DNA of 64,000 nucleotides from Rickettsiales bacterium (GTDB lineage Bacteria; Pseudomonadota; Alphaproteobacteria; Rickettsiales; CANDYO01): NCBI GenBank assembly GCA_049653745.1, contig JBASGW010000073.1, positions 22,924 to 86,923 of the forward strand, read 5' to 3'. Shown piece by piece: positions 56,609 to 64,000 of this stretch (position 1 is its first letter; each line of letters starts with the position of its first letter). The notes under the pieces were generated by a model. It saw only the letters and a program-made list of their open reading frames with translations, ran no database searches and was not told where the DNA came from. The position numbers and the translations under genes were made by a program.

Positions 56609-57850
56609 TTAAATAAATAATCTTAGTGGATTTTCTATAAACTTTTTAAAGCTAGCTAAGAAATTTGCTCCCACTGTGCCATCAACCACTCTATGATCGC
56701 AAGATATGCTAATATCCATAATAGTGGCGATAGAAATTTGATCATTAATAACTACGGGGCGCTTATTGCTAGCTCCCACAGCCATAATGCAAGCTTGTGG
56801 AGGGTTAACAATAGCCTGAAATTGCTTAATTCCATACATGCCTAAATTAGAAATGCTAAAGCCCCCACCTTGAAATTCTTCAGGTTTTAAGGCATTATTA
56901 CGAGCTCTTTTAGCTAGATCTTTCATCTCATTGGAAATATTTGCTAAAGATTTTTGATCAGCATTACGGATAATTGGTGTAATTAAACCGCCATCAATGG
57001 CAACGGCTACAGAAACATCAACATTATTATATTGTAATATTGATTCTTCGGTCCAAGAAGCGTTAGCTTCAGGAACTTCAGCTAATGCTAAAGCTACTGC
57101 TTTAATAACACAATCATTGACTGAAATTTTATATTCAGGTTTTTCTTGATTAGTTATAGAGTTCATTTCTTGGCGTAATTGCAGCAATCTATCAATATTA
57201 CATTCAATTGATAAATAAAAATGAGGAATATTTTGTTTAGATTCAAGTAGTCGTTTTGCAATAACTCGTCTTATATTGCTATTTTCCATAGCTTGATATT
57301 CAACTGGATGTCTACGAAGTATGTTGCTACCACCTATGCTAGAAGTTTTAGCATTTAAAACATCGTCTCTAATTATTCTACCATGCGGGCCGCTACCAAG
57401 AATGCGTACTAAATCAATTCCTTTGTCTTGAGCTATTCTTTTAGCTAAAGGTGAAGCTTTAATTCTGCTGGAGATAGGTAAGGCAGTTGATAGCTGCTGT
57501 GAAACTGATGGTGAAGACATAGGGGTGATGGCTGGTTTTTCTTCTAATTTAGAAGCAGTTGGAGCAAGAGTTTTTGGTGTGTAATCTTTTATTGAGTCTA
57601 GAGATTCGTTCTCTTCAAGGAGTAAAGCAATAAGATTATTTACGGGAACATTTTTAGTTCCTGCAGCAATAATTATTTTTCCAATAATTCCTTCATCAAC
57701 AGCTTCAACTTCCATTGTGGCTTTATCTGTTTCAATTTCAGCCATTACATCGCCAGGTTTAACCTTGTCGCCTTCCTTTTTTAACCATTTGGTTAAATTT
57801 CCTTCGGTCATAGTTGGTGATAAAGCTGGCATTAAAATTTCAATTGGCAT
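56609..57850 (-). CDS. pdhC: Pyruvate dehydrogenase E2 (dihydrolipoamide acetyltransferase)
   Basis: Lipoyl domain 'MAEIETDKATMEVEA'. E3-binding 'SPLAKRIAQDKGIDL'. Catalytic 'SCDHRVVDG'. Confidence 0.92.
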   Translation of the reverse strand: MPIEILMPALSPTMTEGNLTKWLKKEGDKVKPGDVMAEIETDKATMEVEAVDEGIIGKIIIAAGTKNVPVNNLIALLLEENESLDSIKDYTPKTLAPTASKLEEKPAITPMSSPSVSQQLSTALPISSRIKASPLAKRIAQDKGIDLVRILGSGPHGRIIRDDVLNAKTSSIGGSNILRRHPVEYQAMENSNIRRVIAKRLLESKQNIPHFYLSIECNIDRLLQLRQEMNSITNQEKPEYKISVNDCVIKAVALALAEVPEANASWTEESILQYNNVDVSVAVAIDGGLITPIIRNADQKSLANISNEMKDLAKRARNNALKPEEFQGGGFSISNLGMYGIKQFQAIVNPPQACIMAVGASNKRPVVINDQISIATIMDISISCDHRVVDGTVGANFLASFKKFIENPLRLFI

Positions 57851-57862
57851 TCATTTATCTCC

Positions 57863-58849
57863 TTAAGTATTACGCTGCAAAACTTTTCTACATGCTTCAA
57901 CAATATCATTAGTTTGAGGAATCGCTAGTTTTTCTAAATTAGCAGCATAAGGTAGAGGTACATCTTTTGCATGAACTCTTATAATTTCTGCATCTAAATA
58001 GTCAAATGCTTGTTCAACCACTATAGCAGCAATAGTTGCTCCTATTCCTGCAAATCCCCAGCCTTCTTCTACGGTTACTAGGCGATTAGTTTTTTTAACT
58101 GATTCAATGATGGTTTCGCTATCTAGTGGGCGAAGAGTGCGTAAGTCAATAACTTCAGCTGATATCCCTTCTTCATGAAGAATCTCAGCAGCTGCTAAAG
58201 CATTCGCCACTTGAAGAGAAAATGCAGTAATTGTAATATCTGTTCCTTCACGTAGAATTTTTGCTTTACCTATTTCAACTTCTTCATCAAAATTGTCATC
58301 AACTTCAAATTTATTTCCATAGATTAATTCATGTTCTAAGAATATTACGGGGTTAGGATCTCTTATGGCAGCTTTAAGTAGGGCTTTGCTATCTTTAGCG
58401 CCATAAGGTGCAATAACTTTAAGTCCTGGTATATGGCTATACCAAGCTGCGTAGCATTGTGAATGCTGGGCTCCAACTCTTGAGGCAGCGGCGTTAGGAC
58501 CTCTAAAAACTATAGGGCATTTTACCTGACCGCCAGACATATAATAGGTTTTTGCTGCAGAATTAATAATATGATCAATTGCTTGCATAGCAAAGTTAAA
58601 GGTCATAAACTCTACGATTGGCTTAAGACCAGCAAAAGCTGCACCCACGGCTAAGCCTGTAAATCCATGTTCGGTTATAGGAGTGTCAATTACTCTTTTA
58701 TCGCCAAATTCTTGAAGCAAGCCTTGAGTTACCTTATATGCTCCTTGATATTCTGCAACTTCTTCACCCATTACAAAAACATTAGGGTCTAACCTCATTT
58801 CTTCTGCCATTGCATCGCGTAAAGCTTCTCTTATTGTAATTACTTTCAT
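57863..58849 (-). CDS. pdhB: Pyruvate dehydrogenase E1 beta subunit
   Basis: '[21 protein letters not shown]', '[14 protein letters not shown]'. 328 aa. Overlaps pdhA by 4 nt. Confidence 0.93.
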   Translation of the reverse strand: MKVITIREALRDAMAEEMRLDPNVFVMGEEVAEYQGAYKVTQGLLQEFGDKRVIDTPITEHGFTGLAVGAAFAGLKPIVEFMTFNFAMQAIDHIINSAAKTYYMSGGQVKCPIVFRGPNAAASRVGAQHSQCYAAWYSHIPGLKVIAPYGAKDSKALLKAAIRDPNPVIFLEHELIYGNKFEVDDNFDEEVEIGKAKILREGTDITITAFSLQVANALAAAEILHEEGISAEVIDLRTLRPLDSETIIESVKKTNRLVTVEEGWGFAGIGATIAAIVVEQAFDYLDAEIIRVHAKDVPLPYAANLEKLAIPQTNDIVEACRKVLQRNT

Positions 58850-59808
58850 ATATGTACTTCCGTGTATAATTCATCAGCATCAGGCTCTGGAGAGTTTTGT
58901 GAAAATTCTACAGCTTCTTCAATTATTTTTTTAACTTCTTTTTCAATAGTTTTTAATTGCTCTTCGGTAGCTAATTTTTTCTCTAGTAAGTAACTAGTAT
59001 AAGAAGTAATAGGGTCGTGATGTTCCCTCATATTAAGCACTTCTTCTTTACTACGATAATTTCCTGGGTCAGACATTGAATGTCCACGGTAACGATAAGT
59101 GCGCATTTCAATAAAAATTGGTCCATTGCCTTGACGAACAAAATCAACAGCTTCTTTACCTTTTTGTAGAACTTCTAATAAATTCATTCCGTCTATTTGA
59201 ATTCCTGGAATTCCAAAAGATTCACTGCGTTTATATAAATCATTGATAGAGCAATGGCGGGCTATTGAAGTTCCCATACTATAGCCATTATTTTCAACAA
59301 TATATATTACAGGAAGTTTCCACAGAGCAGCCATGTTAAAAGATTCATATACTTGGCCTTGATTTAAAGCTCCATCACCAAAATAAGCAAGAGTAACAGC
59401 ATCAGTATTTTTATATTTGTCAGCAAAAGCTAGGCCAGTGCCTATTGCAGCTGAAGCCCCTACAATACCATGCCCACCATAAAATTTCTTTTCTACATCA
59501 AACATGTGCATAGAGCCACCTTTGCCTTTAGAGCAGCCAGTGGATTTGCCCATTAACTCAGCCATAACTATTTTAGGATCGGTGCCAGCAACTAAGATAT
59601 GCCCATGATCACGGTAGGTGGTAATGGTGCTATCATTTTTTTGTAATATGTTTTGCATACCAACAACCACAGCTTCTTGACCAATATATAAATGACAAAA
59701 ACCAGCAATTAAACCCATGCCATAAAGCTGACCAGATTTTTCTTCAAATCTTCTTATCAGCAGCATTTCCTTATAATACTTTAATTCGTTCAAAAGGGGA
59801 TCTCCCAC
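58846..59808 (-). CDS. pdhA: Pyruvate dehydrogenase E1 alpha subunit
   Basis: TPP motif '[31 protein letters not shown]' and '[12 protein letters not shown]'. GTG start. Confidence 0.93.
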   Translation of the reverse strand: MGDPLLNELKYYKEMLLIRRFEEKSGQLYGMGLIAGFCHLYIGQEAVVVGMQNILQKNDSTITTYRDHGHILVAGTDPKIVMAELMGKSTGCSKGKGGSMHMFDVEKKFYGGHGIVGASAAIGTGLAFADKYKNTDAVTLAYFGDGALNQGQVYESFNMAALWKLPVIYIVENNGYSMGTSIARHCSINDLYKRSESFGIPGIQIDGMNLLEVLQKGKEAVDFVRQGNGPIFIEMRTYRYRGHSMSDPGNYRSKEEVLNMREHHDPITSYTSYLLEKKLATEEQLKTIEKEVKKIIEEAVEFSQNSPEPDADELYTEVHI

Positions 59809-59981
59809 AAAATGATGTTTTTAAAGCCTAGAATTTAGCAAAAATACTGCTATAAGTCAAAAAATTTATCGCTTATCTCTAGGAGTTATATATTAAAACA
59901 GAGCTTTTCTTTACTTTTAATTAATTATTTTAGTTTATTTTTCTTTTAAGCATTCAATTATATAAAATTTTTATTAAGAAT

Positions 59982-60398
59982 ATGAAAATAACAAAAACAA
60001 TAATCACTAGAGAGTTAAGAGACTTTATAGTTGATGGTTTTATAGAGCATGATATTCAGACATTAGGTTATAGTGGTAGGGATCAAGAGCAAACTGCTTT
60101 TACTATTAAGGTTGATAACGAAATAGCTGGAGTAACCTGTCTTTTGCCTTTTTGGGGTGGGCTATGGGTAAAAATTTTATTTGTTCAAGAGAAATTTCGT
60201 AAACAAGGAATTGCTAGAAAATTAATGGAGCAGGCTTTTATTTTTGCTAAAGAACAAAATTGTGACTTTGCTTTCGTAGAAACAATGAGTTTTCAGGCTC
60301 CAGAGTTTTATCAGAAACTAGGTTTTGAATTAGAATATTCTAGAGGTGGTTATGCAGAAGGATCTAAGATTCATTACTTAAGAAAGATCCTGAAATAA
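59982..60398 (+). CDS. GNAT-family N-acetyltransferase
   Basis: 138 aa. 'LFVQEKFRKQGIARKLME' is the acetyl-CoA-binding motif A (Q/R-x-x-G-x-A). 'FYQKLGFE'. Confidence 0.75.
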   Translation: MKITKTIITRELRDFIVDGFIEHDIQTLGYSGRDQEQTAFTIKVDNEIAGVTCLLPFWGGLWVKILFVQEKFRKQGIARKLMEQAFIFAKEQNCDFAFVETMSFQAPEFYQKLGFELEYSRGGYAEGSKIHYLRKILK

Positions 60399-60405
60399 AT
60401 ATCAT

Positions 60406-62949
60406 TTAAATAATTTCTAAATTATCGCGTATAACGCTGTACCAGCATTTTTCTGAAATTAATTCACTCTTGCTATGTCCAGTAACAATGATTTTATCTT
60501 CTGCTCTAGTTAGGGCCACATATAATAACCGTAAATATTCAGCATATTCAGCATCAGCTACTTTATATTTAGCTTTTAGTGCTTCTTCAGAATAATATTT
60601 CACCTTATAAGGCCAAAGCAATTTGTCTGGGTTTAGCCAAATTATGGTGTCATTATTTACTGGTAGTGAGGTGGTGTCAGTTAAAATTACAATTGGAGAT
60701 TGCAATCCTTTTGAGCCATGCACCGTCATAATTCTTACTTGATTTAAATTTTGACTAAGGTCTCTTTGAATTTCTATTTCACTATTTTCTAAAAAATGTA
60801 TAAAAGATTGTAAATTAGGGATTTTCTCAGATTCATAAGTTTCAACTAAATCTAGGAAGGAATCAAAAATATCATTAATTTCAGCGCCATAATATTTGAG
60901 ATATTTAGAGCGTAATTCTTTGGCTTCAATAAGATTGAAATAAAAATCTAATAATGAGCTTGAATCTAGATTTTCTAGAAATTCGTAGATGTGGTTATAT
61001 TGGGGTTGCTTTTGAATTTCTTTATATAAACTTTCTTGACGATTATTACATAAATATAGCAGCTGCTCTTCGCTTAGATTAAATATTGGAGATTTTAAAA
61101 TAATTGCTAAGTTGAAATCATCTTCAGAAAAAAGAATAAAATTACTTAAAGCTATAAGATCTAAAATAGCAGGATGCTGCAATAGCTTAAGTCTGTCTAT
61201 GCCTGCAACTGGAATATTTTTAGCTCGCAATGTTTTAATTAAAATGCTAACAAAATCATTTCTTCTACGAGTTAATATTAAAATATCTCCAGCTTGGATT
61301 ATACGATTTTTACTATGTATAAATTGTTCTTCCTGAATCAATTTATTAATATTATCTGCTATATTATTAGCTAATAATTCATCTGCAGAAACTTGAAATT
61401 CATTAATATGATGGCTTGGTAAAACCCAGGAATCATTTTTCTTAAGTTCTGGTTCAATAACTAGAGGCCATAACTCAACTGCTCCTTTCAAGTTATGATA
61501 AGCTGTGTGGCTAACTTTTTCATTGTTGCTAACTAGTGGTTTAATATGTGGTTGATTAAAAATTTTATCAACAATTTCTAAGATATAGCTACCTGATCGG
61601 AAAGAAGTGTTAAGATGGGTTCTTGAAACTTCTTGAGGTAATAACTGCTCCATTGAGTTAAATATTTCTGGAGCTGCTCCCTGGAATCTGAAAATTGATT
61701 GTTTACTATCTCCAACAATGAATAAGCTTTTGTTTTTCTCATCTTCTGTAAAAAATTCTTCAGTAATTCTTCCAATAATGCTCCATTGTTTAGGGCTATT
61801 ATCTTGAGCCTCGTCAATAAAAACATGATCTATTCCGCCATCTAATTTATATCTAATCCACTGTGCATGTTCATTGTTGCTAAGTAAATTGTTGGCTATA
61901 TGGATTAAGTCGCTATAATCCAAAGAATTATTTTGTTGTTTTAGTTGTTGATATGCTAGGTGTAAATAGTAACTTAGAATAATAAAGCCTTGTGTTAAAT
62001 TATTGGTTTTTATCAAGTTAAAGTTTTTGCTAAACTGATATACTCTTTGTTGTTCTTTGAATAATAGATCAGCCAATTCTGGGTAATCTTTCTCTAGCTT
62101 TTTGCTTAAGAGAGATTTAAAAGGCACTCCTGTTTTATTTAAAAAACAATTGAAGTATTGAGTAATCATTATTGTTTGTAGATGCAAATTATATGACAAG
62201 AAGTTTTTTAAATCATTGGCCATAGAATTGTCGGACTTGTTGCCTAACTTAAGAATATCTAGGTTGGCTATTTTGATAGGAATAAATTTAATGAATTCTT
62301 CAACATGTTTATCTTCACTTTCTGGCATTGCTAAACTTAAGTTATTATTTTGGCTAAAGAAATCATCTAATTTTTCTCGATTGCTAATTATTTCTTTGAG
62401 TAGCTCATTTAAACTATATTCTTTTAAATGCCAACTTAAGTATTGAAGGGCTTTTTTAAGTTGAGGAACTTCATTAGCTGATTCAAATACAGAATGCTTT
62501 GCTTGATCAATGAGTTCAAGCATTTGACTATTATCTAATAAGGTAAAGTTTAGATTTACATCTGATTCAGCTGGGAATTTCATTAATAATTCTTGGCAGA
62601 AGGCGTGGATAGTCTGTACTTTTAAAGTTTCAATTGCATCAATAAATTCAACAAATAAAATTCGTGCCTTCTTTTCTAACTCAGGAGTAATTGACTCCAG
62701 TCCTATATGTTTTAATTCTTTGATTAAATCTTCTTGATTGCAAATACATAATTGAGATAATTTTTGTTTAATTCTTGATAATATCTCAGAAGCTGCAGCT
62801 TTAGTATAAGTTAAGCATAATATTTTATGAGGTTTAACTTGGTTAATAAGAAGAAAAAGTAGTCGATCAATTAGGGTTTTAGTTTTTCCACTGCCCGCTG
62901 ATGCTGATACAAAATTTGAAGCAAAGCTAGATCTGGATTTATTTTCCAT
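60406..62949 (-). CDS. UvrD/AddA-family superfamily-1 helicase (AddA-like N-terminus, no C-terminal nuclease domain)
   Basis: 847 aa. 'FVSASAGSGKTKTLIDRLLFLL' (motif I, AddA-like context), 'VFIDEAQDNSP' (motif II), 'VGDSKQSIFRFQGA' (motif III), 'TVHGSKGLQSP', 'LLYVALTRAED' (motif VI). The protein ends about 35 aa later. Confidence 0.75.
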   Translation of the reverse strand: MENKSRSSFASNFVSASAGSGKTKTLIDRLLFLLINQVKPHKILCLTYTKAAASEILSRIKQKLSQLCICNQEDLIKELKHIGLESITPELEKKARILFVEFIDAIETLKVQTIHAFCQELLMKFPAESDVNLNFTLLDNSQMLELIDQAKHSVFESANEVPQLKKALQYLSWHLKEYSLNELLKEIISNREKLDDFFSQNNNLSLAMPESEDKHVEEFIKFIPIKIANLDILKLGNKSDNSMANDLKNFLSYNLHLQTIMITQYFNCFLNKTGVPFKSLLSKKLEKDYPELADLLFKEQQRVYQFSKNFNLIKTNNLTQGFIILSYYLHLAYQQLKQQNNSLDYSDLIHIANNLLSNNEHAQWIRYKLDGGIDHVFIDEAQDNSPKQWSIIGRITEEFFTEDEKNKSLFIVGDSKQSIFRFQGAAPEIFNSMEQLLPQEVSRTHLNTSFRSGSYILEIVDKIFNQPHIKPLVSNNEKVSHTAYHNLKGAVELWPLVIEPELKKNDSWVLPSHHINEFQVSADELLANNIADNINKLIQEEQFIHSKNRIIQAGDILILTRRRNDFVSILIKTLRAKNIPVAGIDRLKLLQHPAILDLIALSNFILFSEDDFNLAIILKSPIFNLSEEQLLYLCNNRQESLYKEIQKQPQYNHIYEFLENLDSSSLLDFYFNLIEAKELRSKYLKYYGAEINDIFDSFLDLVETYESEKIPNLQSFIHFLENSEIEIQRDLSQNLNQVRIMTVHGSKGLQSPIVILTDTTSLPVNNDTIIWLNPDKLLWPYKVKYYSEEALKAKYKVADAEYAEYLRLLYVALTRAEDKIIVTGHSKSELISEKCWYSVIRDNLEII

Positions 62950-62952
62950 GTG

Positions 62953-63465
62953 TTAGCGCCAGAAATTTTCTAATAATATGTTATGTGAATCAAGTTCATT
63001 CCAAGATTTTATATTAGCTTTGAATAATGCTAAGCTTCCTGGAGAAAATCCTTTTACCACTTCAGGATAATAAGGAGAGTTTATAGAGTTTTGAGATAAA
63101 AAATTTGTTAAGTGAGAAATTGCAGGATTGTGATTTACTAAAATAATATTATTAGCAACCATTCCTAATCTTTGTTCAAAATATTGAAGATATTGTAATA
63201 GATCGCTTTCTAAGCAATTATAAAGATCTGAAGTATAATATAGTTTTGGTTTTTTAATATCTAAATTTTCTAGAGTATTTTCAATAGTTTCTCTAGTTCT
63301 TACTGAATTTGAAGATAAAATCAAATCAATGTCAGCTATATAATTTCTTAAGTTTACAGAAATTTCTTGGCATTTTAAAATTCCAGCATCAGTTAGTTTC
63401 CTCTCAGAATCGATTGCAGAATCATTAGCTGCTTCTGCATGCCTTAGAAGAAAAAGTCGTTTCAT
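62953..63465 (-). CDS. sixA: Histidine-phosphatase superfamily protein (SixA-like)
   Basis: 'RLFLLRHAEA' (RHG-type motif), 'LTDAG', 'LVNHNPA'. 170 aa. Confidence 0.7.
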   Translation of the reverse strand: MKRLFLLRHAEAANDSAIDSERKLTDAGILKCQEISVNLRNYIADIDLILSSNSVRTRETIENTLENLDIKKPKLYYTSDLYNCLESDLLQYLQYFEQRLGMVANNIILVNHNPAISHLTNFLSQNSINSPYYPEVVKGFSPGSLALFKANIKSWNELDSHNILLENFWR

Positions 63466-63499
63466 AAAAACTCTTTAATTTTAATAAGGTTAACTTGAG

Positions 63500-63677
63500 T
63501 AGTGAGAATGGGACCACATAAATCGTTGGTTTAAACAATCCTCTTGTAGACTGTTTTGTAAAGGTGGAGACTATATAAGCAAACCACGGTTAGCTCAGAG
63601 ACAGGCCCCATTTTTTATAATTATTGCCCCAGGGAATTTCGGAACCTCACAAATTCAGCAGCAATCCATTCTCACTA
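63500..63677. other. 178-bp element bounded by perfect 12-bp terminal inverted repeats (candidate MITE or structured small RNA)
   Basis: TAGTGAGAATGG (63500-63511) and CCATTCTCACTA (63666-63677). The interior is richer in G+C than the flanks and contains a tRNA-D-arm-like 'GGTTAGCTCAG' plus a twice-repeated 'GCCCCA'. It lies between two minus-strand genes. Confidence 0.4.
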
Positions 63678-63796
63678 TAAACTATAGCTTAATAAATCTT
63701 GATATGCAAGATGGAAACTATTTTTTGTATAAGTTTGTGACTAATCCTACTATGTTTTAGTGAAGTTAAAATAAGCGCTATAACTATTATCTATTT

Positions 63797-64000
63797 TTAA
63801 ACAGTATCTCCTAAATCTCCTAATAAAAGCCCTGAAAAATCTACATTTGAGAATTCAATTGAATCATCTTTATTGTCGTATTCAACTAGTGGCATAGATA
63901 TAGTCGCTTCTTGAAATACCTCTAATTCTTGGTTATACCCAATATCATTGATTTTACTTTGAATTAACTCTTTAACTTCTAAAAATTTATTACATAATTC
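63797..64000 (-). CDS. 3' end of an unidentified gene running off the window
   Basis: The reverse strand reads through 68 codons from the window edge ('ELCNKFLEVKELIQSKINDIGYNQELEVFQEATISMPLVEYDNKDDSIEFSNVDFSGLLLGDLGDTV') to a TAA whose complement is at 63797-63799. Not in the ORF track because no start codon lies inside the window. Confidence 0.4.
   Translation of the reverse strand, partial: ELCNKFLEVKELIQSKINDIGYNQELEVFQEATISMPLVEYDNKDDSIEFSNVDFSGLLLGDLGDTV

Noticed and set aside
63500-63677. Considered calling the inverted-repeat element a tmRNA piece, 6S RNA or SRP RNA.
   Set aside because: - No GTTCGA-type T-loop.
- No tag reading frame ending in ...LAA plus a stop on either strand.
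- No SRP 'GGAAG...AGCAG' domain IV motif.
- I could not build a convincing 6S-type extended helix beyond the 12-bp stem.

It is kept only as an unclassified element.

Overview
The window is visibly AT-rich and looks like chromosome from an alphaproteobacterium with an intracellular lifestyle (Rickettsiales/Holosporales-like). That call rests on a clear CtrA orthologue, a two-subunit PDH E1, an F1-only atpHAGDC operon, an AddA-type helicase, a large ankyrin-repeat protein and a VirB4 paralogue. About two thirds is conserved housekeeping: mrcA (5'-partial), dxr, aspS, rplT-rpmI, ctrA, tilS, trmB, tsaD, acnA, atpHAGDC, topA, dprA, rpsT, folC-folP, lepA, pdhABC, fabG-acpP and four tRNAs. I saw no rRNA, CRISPR array, transposase or integrase.

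Several accessory loci interrupt this backbone:
- **VirB4-like ATPase plus giant ORF (29166-35939).** An orphan VirB4-like ATPase has a degenerate Walker A. Six nucleotides downstream starts a 1461-aa secreted protein with roughly 60 cysteines, rich in Thr/Ser/Asn, with no fold I recognise. I think this is the best candidate for an undescribed system.
- **Glycosyltransferase islet (49974-54570).** It holds two paralogous DXD-motif glycosyltransferases, one fused to a DUF3431-like domain otherwise typical of eukaryotes. It also holds an outer-membrane beta-barrel and a frameshifted stand-alone copy of the DUF3431-like domain.
- **GT90 enzyme (22866-24146).** A signal-peptide-bearing CAP10/POGLUT-like glycosyltransferase.
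- **Ankyrin protein (9631-13221).** 1196 aa, with near-identical 99-bp tandem repeats.
- **Kinase-like candidate effector (5341-6711).** Inserted between aspS and rplT.
- **tRNA-bounded islet (44234-45961).** Contains a GIY-YIG protein, an alpha/beta hydrolase and GC-enriched non-coding DNA.
- **178-bp element with 12-bp terminal inverted repeats (63500-63677).**

All functional calls come from reading motifs in the supplied translations. No database search was run.
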